Positions 1 to 37,750 of a stretch of DNA of 64,000 nucleotides are shown here, piece by piece. Numbering within the stretch: the first letter of the stretch is position 1; the number at the start of each line of letters is the position of its first letter. Source of the DNA: Chrysomallon squamiferum (lineage: Eukaryota; Animalia; Mollusca); assembly GCA_012295275.1 (NCBI GenBank), contig CM022665.1:8742001-8806000 (forward strand). The letters run 5' to 3'. Below the pieces are notes generated by a model. It was given only the letters and a program-made list of their open reading frames with translations. It was not told the origin of the DNA and searched no databases. The translations under genes were made by a program, and so were the position numbers.

Positions 1-24481
<24,481 letters not shown>

Positions 24482-25036
24482 CAATGGAAAGAATTCTTGG
24501 ACAACGTCTAGCTAGAATATCATATATTTGTTAGACAACTTTTAAAACCGAAATGGTTGATGTGCATGACATTTAATGCCAACTACACATTAAACTATCT
24601 GTAACATTAACATAATTATATATATATGTACATATATGCAAAATAAATAAAACCAGAACCAGTTTTTAAAATATCAGCACATTTTATTGAAAAATTCGCT
24701 GCACATATGTAACTTGAATCTATGCTTATGCATATTGATTTATGTACAGTTTTGAGAATACAGATATCTGTATATAGTTATAAAATAGATGTTGTTACTT
24801 TTACTTACGTACAGTGACTGATTTCAGTGCTGAAGTTCAACTATTTTTAGATGTGCTTAACACACATTATATACAATGGCTGGAAATAATATTTCTTGTG
24901 GAAATACACGTATCTCCAGTTTCAAACCACTGTTCAGATAATAATGGCGCTGCCCTGTCCCGTCAAGCTCTTAGGGACACACGGCCTAGAAAAACCCTTT
25001 CTTTTATACCAATAGCATGCACCATTATGATTGATT

Positions 25037-25052
25037 TGACCGCTAGTGACCT
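25037..25052 (-). promoter_or_regulatory. DR4-type nuclear-receptor element AGGTCA-ctag-CGGTCA ~560 bp upstream of the phosphotransferase ATG
   Basis: Plus strand reads TGACCG ctag TGACCT, inside a CpG-containing, GC-richer patch (24940-25090). Confidence 0.4.
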
Positions 25053-25460
25053 CCCAGAGTTCGGCCCACTAATCAGACCTGAACTAAGTTATGTATTATT
25101 TACCTGTTCGTTTAACTCAAGTTTATAAAGGGGAGAAAAGAAAAAAAAAAAAAAAAGTAAAAAAAAAAAGTAATAAAAACAACAAATTAATGTAAAAATA
25201 TTTACAAAAAAGAAATAGTTTAGGTTCATAAATAATAACATAATGTTAAAAATGATAAACAACTATTCAGTTATATTCATATTTTAATTGTGTATAATCT
25301 GTGAGATAGAGTAATATTATATTTAGTAGATGTAGTAGTTCAGATACTGCCACAAGCAGGAAAAATGCCAAAGATAGTCTTTACTATCAGTTAAAATTTG
25401 CTTATTATTTCATGCGGAGGCAATATTCTAAGACGGCCCACTATATTATATATGTATGTG

Positions 25461-25725
25461 TACAGGGTCGCCCAAAAGAAATTTTACCGTAATACTGTTT
25501 TATAAATAGTTACATTTCAACCATAAAATATACCAACTTTGTTTAGGGGAAGAAAGATGCCATTTTAAACATTTACTTTAAGCTGACAGATTATTTATAT
25601 GATATAAATTTATTTTACTGAATATATAACTTTTTGTACACTCTATTTATTTGAAATAAGGTTATGTTAATAAAAAGAAGTATTACGGTAAAGTAACTTT
25701 TTTGGACCACAGTTGGACATATGTA
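25461..25725. mobile_element. Degenerate Tc1/mariner-type MITE
   Basis: Left end TA-CAGGGTCGCCCAAAAGAAATTTTACCGTAATACT; imperfect inverted copy AGTATTACGGTAAAGTAACTTTTTTGGAC at ~25679-25707. The CAGGGT..CCAAAA start is typical of mariner TIRs. Confidence 0.6.
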
Positions 25726-26502
25726 TAGAACATAAAATAAAAAAGTAACTCGTATACTTCCAAACATTTTCTAATACTTATATTTGTATTTTTATATCTT
25801 TTCTTTCGTGCGCGTTTTTGTTTATGAAAAGATGAATTATTTGTCTTTAAAGGAACGCTGAATAAAAATGTGCATTAAAATTTTGTTTTTATTTGCTCTT
25901 ACCAAAATTTCTTTTGATTTCTTTAACAAGTATTATATATAATGTTTAAACTATTGCCGTTAAAAATGTATTTGTTCAGCCTGTCTGGTAAGTTAATTTT
26001 TCTCCACGCTTACTGTGGGGTAAACGAATTTAGTATCTTTTTATTTTTCTGTTTGTTTATATATTGATTTATTATTTTATTTTGAACTGTTTATTTCTAT
26101 ATATCTATAATCTATCTATTTACCGGTCTGTCCACACGCACACACACACAGACACACACACATATTGAATTATATTAAATTATTTAAAAAATGTACAATA
26201 CACATACATAGTATGTGAAAACTTATTTATAATTAAACTTACCTTCGTCTCGCATACGTAATGTTCGGTTACTATTATTGCTGATATAGGCAAAATTTAA
26301 ATAGCATACTGATAGGAAAACTGATTTGCCTGTAATTTTCATTATTTTTAAAGCTTTTGTGCGTTTTAATTTTATTTTACGTGAAAACCAAAATAACAAT
26401 AAAAAAAATATATATTTAATTCTAGTTTTCTTCCAGTTAAAATAACGGATAAAGAAACAACAAAAATTTTGATGTTTTGAGATGACATTTAAACATTTTC
26501 AT

Positions 26503-26553
<51 letters not shown>

Positions 26554-26900
26554 AAAAAATGTTACAAAATGAATGCTAAAATAAAACTAGAATGATCAAT
26601 TTCTAGTAATACATCGGATGATAAAGGTATGATTTCATTTCTTTTTTTCTTTAAAAAACTAGTGGTACGTATTTCACTGAATTAATACACCACAAAGAAT
26701 TATATTTCCTGAAGTTTCGGGCACATTTGATACAATAGCTTTTAGTGTGTACTCTAGTGGATGTGGATGTTTATTTATTTGAATGTGTCCATACATAAAT
26801 GCAAGAAGCTTTTCAAAAAACAGTTCAATTAATAGTTCTGCATGAAATATACAGTTAATATATCATGAAAAATAATGGGAAAAAAACAATGATATATTTC

Positions 26901-26985
26901 TTCGTATCTACATGAATATTAACTGGATGACAATGAAATACCAAAAAGCAATTAACAATACCATTTTTATAAAAGATAAGACAAT

Positions 26986-27055
<70 letters not shown>

Positions 27056-27350
27056 GAGAGAGATTTTTTCTTTTTTATCACTGGCAGGTGTGCGTTCTTT
27101 TGAGCACCTGTGGTAAATTTACAAGTGCTTTGATGCGAACATTAAAACAGTTTATTTTACATTAGACTGACAATTGAAATACGCAGACTTTAAGCGAGAT
27201 GTTTTGGGATGATCAGTTTATTTATTTATTTATTTATTTATTTTGCACGATATATTTGGGTTATTAATGCTATTTATTAATTTTATTTATTTATTTATTC
27301 ATTCATTTATTTATTTACTATTACTGCTACTACTATTAATAAATGGACAT
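26901..27350 (+). repeat. Left arm of a ~450-bp inverted duplication (partner ~30830-31283)
   Basis: Core 27071-27225 matches the reverse complement of ~30975-31128 with 2 mismatches in ~150 bp; the outer parts are more diverged. Confidence 0.9.
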
Positions 27351-28484
27351 ACTAGGACATTCATGTGTGTAAATGATTCTTAATTAATCTAACATAAGAA
27401 TGTGTTTCCGTATTATTATTTTGTAAATATATATTTAAATTGTTTTCTATAAACAATTGTAGATTTGTATTTTAAAGCTCCTCAGTTCCTTATTTTTCCA
27501 AATTTATTTGTAGATCACTATATGATTTTAAATAATTTTTTAATATTATGATTCCAAATAAATCATCGGACATACTTTTAGTAAGAATTCTTTAACATTC
27601 TTAGTTTTATAAAACTTCTAAGGTGCAGTATTTTTGGAGAACCCTAAATGGAGTTTAGCATCTTAAATATCTCATGTTCATAAGTTCACATTCTTATTTT
27701 TAAGAACTCGCCTAAAACACAGTTAGTTACAGGGTCGACTCTTCTCAGTGCGCTCATTTACCTATTTCCTGATGCAGCCATTACTCAACAGTTAATTATC
27801 CACTTCCACTGTTTTCCGTTTTAGATGTCATGATTACATCTGATATTAACATAACTGTTTATATTAAAAGATATTATATATATTTATCCTCAGTGAACAG
27901 TCAGTGTTCTTAATTAATGATCCAGGCACGTATATTTCGTGAAAATATTTTCAGATCATTAATTTCTAAAACCTTTAACACTTCTATTCAGGGGAGGTAA
28001 TCCGTTTCGCCTTATCGTTTCAAATTCCAGTAATTGGTATAAATGAATAGAATGTAAAGCGAACAGTTCTGGTGTTTACACTTAAATTTGTAAGTATTCA
28101 GACCAGTCGCTATTTTCTTCTTTTTATTTATTTATTTGTTTGTTTGTTTATTCTTTAGTTCTTTTAATTTTTTTTTTTTTTTTGACTTTATATGTATATA
28201 TTTAGTAACTGTAATTTCAGTCGAGCAGTGAAGTTTCTTAACAAGCAGATTTGTTAAAGAAAATCGTTAATTCATATTATTTGGAACTGAATAGTTTTTT
28301 TCCGATTTTTATTTTATTATTTTTTAAATTTAATTTTATTTAATATAATTTATTTATTTTTCTTCTGTAATTTTTTAGTTTTTACATTTTACATAAAATG
28401 CAGTTTTGAATTATTAAAGATTGAGAATAACATTACAGATAATCTTTACGTAGCTACTTTTGATTTGGCATTTTTATTTGGCTG

Positions 28485-28519
<35 letters not shown>

Positions 28520-29159
28520 AAATTTTTTTAAAAAAAGTGATAAAAATAAGATTGAAAAATTTCACCTAGGTGCACCTGTACTGTGGTGAATTTCAAAAAT
28601 ATTATTTTAATAAAAAATGAAGTTACGGTAATAAAGCTCACACACACACACGCACACATGAACATTATTTTAAAAAGTAATATGATAATAATTAAACAAA
28701 AAACAAACAGATAAAATAAAACATATATATATAAAAAAATTACTGATGCAAAGATCTGTGCGAGTGCGTATGTGTGTGTATTTTTAGTTATTCGAAATCA
28801 TTTTTCTACAAAGAGCCATACTTTCTACCTATAACTTCATATAAATAATGTTTCCTACACTTTAATGCATATAAAAAAATTACACACTGTACACTTCAGA
28901 AGAAGAAGAAGATAAAGAAAAAACAATCAACAACAAACGATATATGTGTATTTTTGTGTGTAAACATATGTTTATATTTGTACTGTACAAATTATATATT
29001 GTATACATCGAAAAACACATATGGATACATAATGTTACGTACACTTCAAAAAAAAAAAAAAAAAAAAAACTTAATAAATAAATAAATATATATATATAAA
29101 TATATATTTATGTTTTTCGAGGTGTACCATATGTAAATTTGTACAGTACAAACATAAAT

Positions 29160-29286
29160 ATATATTTTTACATATACAGTACGTATCTTTTTAAATCATT
29201 ATATTATTTATTTTAATAATAAAATAATAAATAAATAAATAATATAATGATTTAAAAAGATACGTACTGTATATGTAAAAATATAT
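29160..29286. repeat. Perfect palindrome, 54-bp arms with 19-nt loop
   Basis: 29160-29213 is the exact reverse complement of 29233-29286; imperfect extension to ~29110-29340. Confidence 0.95.
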
Positions 29287-29637
29287 TTTTTTATTTTTAT
29301 TTGTACAAAGTTACATATTGTATACCTCGAAAAACAAATAGATATACAGTGACGTACCGTACACATAATATATATATAGGTACTTCATATGTAAATATCT
29401 ATATCTGTATTATCATAGTTCTTTTTGATTAACAGATTCCAAATAACTAAAAATAACTTGCTGATCACCATGACATCGATGTCACAACAGACAGACAGAC
29501 AGCAGTTCAGTTCCACAAGCCAAACATAAACCTTGCTCTCGGGTACACCTGTTTTCTGTTTAACTTTTAAAAATTCATCGTAATAAAAAATAAAAAAAAA
29601 AATGAACGAAAACGTCTAAAAAAAGAGAGATGCAGCG

Positions 29638-29719
<82 letters not shown>

Positions 29720-30209
29720 ATAAAAAGTAAATTAACAAAATAAAAAATAAAAAAAAAAAAAAGTAGAAAAAAGTTCATGCGTTTATATCCCTACATGAAC
29801 TTGATACTGCACCTGACCCCACTGCTAGGTTATGACTTTCTCACCTGAAGTGACCCAGGTATTTTCCTGGGAAATACACTCTACAAAAAATTACTTGGTT
29901 TAAAACTGTTGAACCGTGAAAAAGTACAGAAGTATTAGTATTGTTTATCGTGGTCGTTGGTTTCTGCATGCCCCCAGTTTTACCTTCGCTTGCTTTGAGA
30001 CGCATGTATACCTGTACATATAATTTACCTTTGCAAAGATCTATACCTTTGTGCTGGTGGTGCAGCTGGTATTTAAATAATTATAACGACAAAAAGAGGA
30101 TATCATGCTTCATTTCCTCTTCTTCACACCATCTGACACTGAGTGACCTTCGACATCGGATTTTTTTCGAGGGGGGATTATATATATATATATAATTCCC
30201 CCTCGAAAA

Positions 30210-30253
<44 letters not shown>

Positions 30254-30773
30254 CCCCCTCGAAAAAAATGATAGAATAAAAAAAAAAAAAAAATGACGAC
30301 AGACAGCAATAATAGTAATAAGGATAATATTAAAACAATAAATAAAATAAGAAAAAAACAACAACTGGAAACGGTGATATACAGTAAGTACAATAATAAT
30401 ATTAACTTCATCACAATCAGCAACATCAACAACCTCACTAATAATACTACTGCTACTACTACTAATAATAGTAATAAAGCAATAAATAAATAATAGAAGA
30501 AAAGAGATTTAAGATGGTTACGCTGACAACTACAAGCGCATTAATAATAATTCATATGTCATAATTTAAATAATTATGTAAGTAAATAATTATACTAAAA
30601 GACTAATATCACCAATTTGTACTCTAAAATCCAGTAAAAGGTATCACTGACGATAGCAGTGGCATGAAATTTTACACATGTAAATTTATTTATGTAATTT
30701 ATTAAAATTATTCAAGCCTTTGGCCATATTTTTGGAAAAACTATTGTTGGTGTTCGATATATGAATATTACAC

Positions 30774-30810
<37 letters not shown>

Positions 30811-30829
30811 AACAAGAACTAAATGTTGT

Positions 30830-31283
30830 TTCATAAACTAATAGTAGTAGTAATAGTAGCAGCAGTAGCAGTAGTAGTAGTAGTAGTAAATTAAATTAAA
30901 TTAAATTAAATTAATAACTCAAATAAATCCAGCAATAAATAAATAAAAATAAGTAATAATAAATAAATAAATAAATAAATAAACTGATCATCCCAAAATA
31001 TCTCGCTTAAAGTCTGCGTATTTCAATTGTCAGTCTAATGTAAAATAAACTGTTTTAATGTTCGCATCAAAGCACTTGTAAATTTACCACAGGTGCTCAA
31101 AAGTACGCACACCTGCCAGTGATAAAAAATAAAAAATCGCACTCTCCCTCTCCCTCTCCCTTTTTCCTCTTTATCTTCTCTCTTTTTTTTTTTTCTCATT
31201 TTATTATCTTTTATAAAAATATCACTGTTAATTGCTTTTTGATATTTCATTGTCATCCAATTAATATAAAATTTAGATACGAA
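30830..31283 (-). repeat. Right arm of the inverted duplication (partner 26901-27350)
   Basis: Reverse-complement match. The near-identical spurious ORFs 26912-27103(+) and 31035-31295(-) reflect it. Confidence 0.9.
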
Positions 31284-31776
31284 AACACGGAACAAGCATT
31301 CTTAGTAAAAGGATAAGGAGATCATTGTGTTATCAAAGGCATAACGGGTATAAAACTAAATATATAATTAAAACAATTTCAACATTCATAATAAACAGAA
31401 ATGAATGTTACACTAATTATTTATAAACAGTAACAACTACCTTTATGAATAACTGGTTTCATTAACAAATACATTTTTTTTAAAATTGAAAAACAAAATA
31501 AATAAAAATAAAGCAACAAGAAAATAAATAAATAAATAAATAAAATAAAATGAAATAAAATAAAATAAAAACAAAATAAAAAAGTGTAATAAAATGAAAA
31601 ACAACAAAACAAGAACAAAAAATAATAGTAAAACACATAATAATTAAATAAATAAATAAATAAATAATAAATTTCGTTCACATTTATAATTTTTATTCGA
31701 TATTTTATTAATTATTTTTGATGTAATATTTATTTAAACATTATTTTGTTTTATAATTCATCGTTTTAGATTATTC

Positions 31777-31842
31777 GTTTTAGTTCGGTTTTCACGGTGG
31801 TTTCATTTGAGCATAAGTCCAGCTGGTCACTTTGGGTCATGT
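31777..31842 (+). promoter_or_regulatory. 66-bp duplicated module with AGTCCA/TGGTCA/GGGTCA half-sites, copy 1
   Basis: Direct repeat of 34368-34433 with 5 mismatches in 66 bp. Confidence 0.6.
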
Positions 31843-32201
31843 AGTCAGTTATGGAAAATTGTTCGTTTTCCTTTTTTTGTGATTTTGTTTGTCTTGTTTT
31901 ATTCTGTGTTTTGGGTCTTTTTGTTTGTTTTTGTTTGTTTTTCTTCTTTTTCTTAATTTTTTATTTTTTATTTCTTTACTACCAATAAAAACAATTATTT
32001 AAACTGTTACATCAACAATTCATTAATATTTAAAGCGTTTCAGGCTGCATTTAACTATTATTAAGCTGTTAGAAAATCCTGAAATAAAGAGAAATTTATT
32101 CTTTCTAATTCTTCCGTGGAATATTACTGACGATCTTATTTATCCGACAGAAGAAATTTATAAAAGGTATTTATATTTGTGACCTTCATTTTAAAACTAA
32201 A

Positions 32202-32254
<53 letters not shown>

Positions 32255-32531
32255 CCTATTTTTGGGGCTGGGTAAACGAAAGCTGCACGCCTGTGACCCA
32301 GTGCCCTAAATAGGAGGCACCTCCGCACGCAATACACCAATTGAATTATATTACATCATCTTGAAAAACGGGTTTAAAAATAGGGATGACCTAGTGTAGT
32401 TCCTTGCAAAATAAGAGTGCAATCTATGCATTCCAAAATATGGAGCAGACGGTCGTAGTTGTATTCCGAAACGTGACATTATGCAATGGCAATAAAAACA
32501 TGAACAACAACAACAAAATTAAAAAAATTAA

Positions 32532-32562
<31 letters not shown>

Positions 32563-32872
32563 TTAAAAAATAGAAGAAAGAAACGAAAAGGGTTGAAGTA
32601 GAATAATAATTAAAGATATCTTAAAGAGAAAGCATGATGCATCTTCAAATCACAAACCAGTAAGAAATAATTTAGACAAATGTAGCTTGACGATATTAAT
32701 GTAATTAATATATATAAATATATACTCGGTTTATTTATTTAAATAAAACGTGAAATAATTTATAAATAAATCAAAGACATTAAAAAATATAAAAGAGAAA
32801 TCTGTATCACGTACAACACGCACGCAAATCATTAATAATACATTTCTATTAATGTGTCGTACATTGTAAATG

Positions 32873-32947
<75 letters not shown>

Positions 32948-33333
32948 TATTAAGTTTTGAAACCAGTATAAAAACATTTAATGTTAATTTTTTGTGGTTT
33001 TTTTAAATTCCTCAAAACCGTTTTGCCATTCGCTACCTATAGATTATGGGAATATCGTCACGGTTTACAAAAATTGAGACGTAAAATCATTGAATTATTT
33101 TAATAAAATTTAAAATGTTGCCTATTTTGTTGGAAATACCTAGGTTAGGGCGTATCCAGGATTTCAGAAATAAAAATAGCAGAGAAAAGGAAGAAAAACG
33201 ACCCCCAAAACAAGTTCATTGACGTTTAAATACGTGTAATCATAATTGCATGAGGCATAGTCAGTAATTTACTAAAAATTAAAAAGTCAAATAAATAAAT
33301 AAATAATAATAATATAATAACAACAATTTCTTT

Positions 33334-33379
<46 letters not shown>

Positions 33380-33382
<3 letters not shown>

Positions 33383-33894
33383 TATATTGACGTCACCTGT
33401 GTAAAAGTACAAGCGATCTACAGTCGTTTTCTCATAGTATCAAATATAACTTAAATTAACACTTGGTAAGCAATTATCAGAAATGTGGGTGGGTGTCATA
33501 CGCACACACGAATACATCGTTCACTTGATATTTACAAAATTTCTAAATTTGTGTTGTATATCACTGGAAAATAGATATAAACAAGTACTGTTAAAATTGA
33601 GTGTTTGCAATAAAAATAATAATAATTCTCGAACAAGAATGGAAATGGCAATATGGCGCAATATGACCGCAACCTGAACTCATGACCTACCATGTCTTAC
33701 TGACCCGAACGACACACCACTGACCTAAATAGTTTCGTTTTAGAAAAAGGAAAAAGCTGCGCGTTGCGTTAAATACATTTGGATCCTTAAATAAAAAGCT
33801 AACGTCGATAATACTGTATGCCTTACATCAATATTAGACATCTGTAAACTTGGGGATTATTTTTTATTTTTTATTTTATGTGCTCGCACTTTTG

Positions 33895-33945
<51 letters not shown>

Positions 33946-34060
33946 CATTTGTCTTAATGTAGGTCAAACGAGTGTGGTGAATGACCTAACTTCGATAGAT
34001 AACGGGGTCACTCTGACACACTGCGTCATGCTGACCTAAAACATCGGGAATAACTTACTG
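33380..34060 (+). promoter_or_regulatory. Distal promoter of the plus-strand gene: CRE, ROREs and composite DR2/DR5
   Basis: TGACGTCA 33388-33395; TGACCG-caacc-TGAACT-ca-TGACCT 33664-33688; RORE TATTTAGGTCA (minus) 33721-33731; RORE AATGTAGGTCA 33956-33966; further half-sites at ~33701, 33982, 34005, 34032; CpG-rich. Confidence 0.65.
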
Positions 34061-34160
34061 ATCCAAACGACTAGCAGACACAACTGAAAGCGCTCTACCT
34101 CGATGTTCAGGGATTATACTTCTGTAAAGACATGAGTTTCTAGAAAAATCGCAACGAAAG
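34060..34160 (+). other. Putative non-coding first exon of the plus-strand gene (start approximate)
   Basis: Strong donor AAG|GTAAGA at 34160/34161, close to the point where CpG-rich sequence gives way to CpG-depleted gene-body-like sequence. Confidence 0.55.
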
Positions 34161-34367
34161 GTAAGACAAAATTATGCATTAATGCTAGGTTCTTTTCTTA
34201 TTCTTATTTTTTTTTTTTTTTTGCTAAAAAAAAAAAATAATAAAATTTAAGAAAAAATAAAATAAAATTCTTCCTACTTTTAATTTTTTTTTTCCTTATC
34301 TGTTTTCTCTTTCACTGAAAATCGGTGTTTATTTACGGTTGGCTAGATTGTCAGACTAAACTGCGCT

Positions 34368-34433
34368 GTTTTAGTTCGCTTTTCACTGTGTTTTCATTTG
34401 AGCAAAAGTCCAGCGGGTCACTTTGGGTCATGT
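34368..34433 (+). promoter_or_regulatory. 66-bp duplicated module, copy 2: AGTCCA-gc-GGGTCA-cttt-GGGTCA (DR2+DR4)
   Basis: Half-sites at 34407-34412, 34415-34420 and 34425-34430; repeat of 31777-31842. Confidence 0.6.
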
Positions 34434-35151
34434 CGTTAATCGAGCATCCAGAATTTAATTGTTTAGGGAGCTTTTTCAAATCGGTTTGGTTTTGCTGACA
34501 AAGCTAGCATTTGCAGCATGCTATATCTAGCTTAGCATCCTTGAACTTTGCAAGTACTTGAACTTGAGAATGATTCATTTTTGGACAAGTATACATAAAC
34601 ATTCACTCGTGATTGTATATAATTAAAAGTAAAATATTGCCTTTTAGGATACATATAAGATAAACCGTTATCAAATGTGTAATATACTGGATAGAATTAA
34701 AAAAGAAAAAAAAAAAAAAAAACAAATTGTCCCGTATACAAACTCTAATTCTATAAACACTTTCCTGCCAACAATGATGCTAATTGTAATAATTTATATA
34801 TAAATTAAGATTATTTTGGTTCCTGTTTGTTTTTTTCAGATATGACTGGTATATTATTATTTATTTATTTATTTATTTATTTATTCTGAATGTTTTAAGT
34901 GACACTTTTGGTTTATAGGTTATTTTTTAAAATGCATGTAATTCAGAAGAAACCATTTTGAAAGAAATGTATTTTAGACACTATAAATAACTCATCAGTA
35001 TTATTAAGATATAAAAAAAAAAACCTATCAACAGTTCAAAACAAACTGACCTAATAAAGTCTCTAAGGTTTTATTATATATATATATATATATATATATG
35101 TTGGCCTTGAAATTACATTTATCAATATTTTTATTAAAAAATAATTTATCA

Positions 35152-35194
<43 letters not shown>

Positions 35195-35624
35195 TATTAC
35201 AATATTTAAAAAAAAATTAATATAATAATTATTATTATTATTATTTTATCAATCATAATCTGATGCTGCATATTATAATATTAATGTACAGGTAAACATA
35301 ACTTTTCATTTTTATATAATTATTGCCAGTCTATTTTATCCTGGTTTCAGTACAGACAAATTGTAAGCTTTTAAATTACATACATTTGCAAAATAGCGAG
35401 TTTTCTTTTTACAAACAATTACTGTGGTTATTATTCCCATTCTGTAATACCCACAAAATGTGGTTATATAATAAACTAAAACGTATTATCATTATCATAA
35501 AATATCTTTGACATATGGATTACTGTTTCATTGACAATTTTGTATTTTTAATCACCATTTTCAGTTTTTATGATTGACACAACTAAAAATAATCATATAT
35601 GAATATCTATTATTTTTATTATTA

Positions 35625-35659
<35 letters not shown>

Positions 35660-35888
35660 AAAATATTTATATCATAGTAAATACTGAATATAATATTAAT
35701 AAATTATTTTAAACTAGTAGATATTAAGGATACACTCTCAGTTTGGTCCCCTAATAAAATTGTTGAACTGGAAAAAAATAAATCAGAAACAGCTGCATGG
35801 TAAAACACCAGCTTATTAAAATCTCACATACATTATGAAAAACAACAATTTCAAGATTACTATCTATCTATCCATCTATCTATCTATG

Positions 35889-35927
<39 letters not shown>

Positions 35928-37737
35928 ATATAGATAGACAGATATTAACACCTTTTGTCTTCATTAATAAATATCAGTTTATTAGATACTTGTAATATTG
36001 GCTTTGAATAAAAATATTTGTAAAAAGTATGGAGGCTGATTACTGCTAATTAGATACAAATACATCCAACTTTGATACTTTTAAAAATTTAGCAAATACT
36101 TATTTTTAATTTTTAAGTGTAATGGAACCATGGCTAATCTATCTTTTATAATATTGCTTTATTGTTTCTAATTATAATAATCAATGCAGTATGCTGTTTT
36201 CTTTGTTTGGCTGTAACATAAAAGAATTATAAGATAAAAGTGATCATTAATTCTGTTTCATCATGATCAGATAAATAAAACAGTTACTTAATTGCTATAT
36301 CAGTAACAATCCATTATCAAATTGTTTCCAAAAATATTATTTTGTGCTGTGTCAGCCCAGAGCATGAAGCTTTTAATTCTTAAAACTCTTTTTTTTTTCT
36401 TTTCTTTTTTTTTATATGAAAAATTTGACTTTTGGATGGAAAAAGTATGGTTTTCCAGATGTAAACTTTTCAGATGAAATCTACTATAATTTCCCATTAA
36501 AAAGGAATCTTTAATAATGTAACTTTTTATTAATTATAAAACACAGTTGATTTCCTTAGAAATAAGAAAGGACAGGTAATAGTCTGTGATAATATCTTCA
36601 GTCTGGAATGTAGGCAGAAAAGGATTGATCCTGAAATCTGCCATACATTAGGCCATTGCGCTGAACACCTATCTATAGTTCAAATATATTCAAATACAAA
36701 TACAGGGATATATAAGTGTCTTATCTGACCACATACTTGAAATGTTTTTAACCAGCTTTAAAACAGAAATTTAACTGTTAAATGTTAATATAACAAAATA
36801 AAAAAAATTAAATAAAAACATTAAAAAACAATTATTGGAATAATTTGCAATAAACAGATATTGTTTCAGGATTTCAGAAAATCATTTACTGAATAAGAAT
36901 TTCATTTTAAAAATCGAAAAACTTGATCAGTGAAATATGGATACTTAAAATGCTCTGTAATAAATTCACAAAATTAATTATACTAATGTGCTAATCACTC
37001 ATTGTGGAGTATCTGTCTATCTATCACTCTGTCTGAATACGTCTCTCTCTTTCATATAGACAAACACTCAAATGTCAACACATTATCCATGTAGTTCATG
37101 TTATCAGCATAAATATTCATGTAGTTTGAACTATTGTGTATCATAGTAATGTTTAAAAATTTAATTTATAACTAGAATTTTAAAATATAAATTCTTGTAA
37201 ATATATTTTGAAAAGAAATGCTATTCTTGTTTAAGTATCGTGAGATACATCAGGATATCTTGTTAACCCATTCCACCCACTGTTCCAGATGATCATGGTC
37301 TATGCTTTACTCTCTGTGGAAAGGTATAGCCTATACAAAGAAAATATCTATTGCTCATAACAGCTAACTGTTGTCTGTTGGTTTTCTAAATCTTACTTTC
37401 ATTATAAAATCATATGCTTGATATTATTTAAATTTTTCATTAAAAATTCACAGAAAAGCAATCAAATTTAAAAAAAGAAAAAAAAAAAAAAAAGATGATT
37501 CATAATGGAACTAGAGAACATAACTTTTAACTTTCAGTGCCCAGATGATATTTAGCATATTTAAAAAATACAATGGCAGTCATTTTTGTAGCCGATATTT
37601 GAAAGTGTATAATTTTTAAAATGTTTTATTTTGTTGACATTCATTTTTTGAAGATAAAAACAACAGACTACAAATCAGCTGATTTACAAACAATTCTACT
37701 GTCTGGACAAAAGTCAATTAGTCTGAATTTTAGTTTT

Positions 37738-37750
37738 TGACCTTTGACCT
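37738..37750 (-). promoter_or_regulatory. Perfect DR1 element AGGTCA-A-AGGTCA
   Basis: Plus strand TGACCTTTGACCT, the consensus RXR/HNF4/COUP-TF DR1. Confidence 0.5.

Noticed and set aside
26912-31295. Two similar small ORFs (INWMTMKYQKAIN...) suggesting a duplicated peptide gene
   Set aside because: By-products of the inverted duplication; frames diverge across the microsatellite and there is no splice or coding signature.
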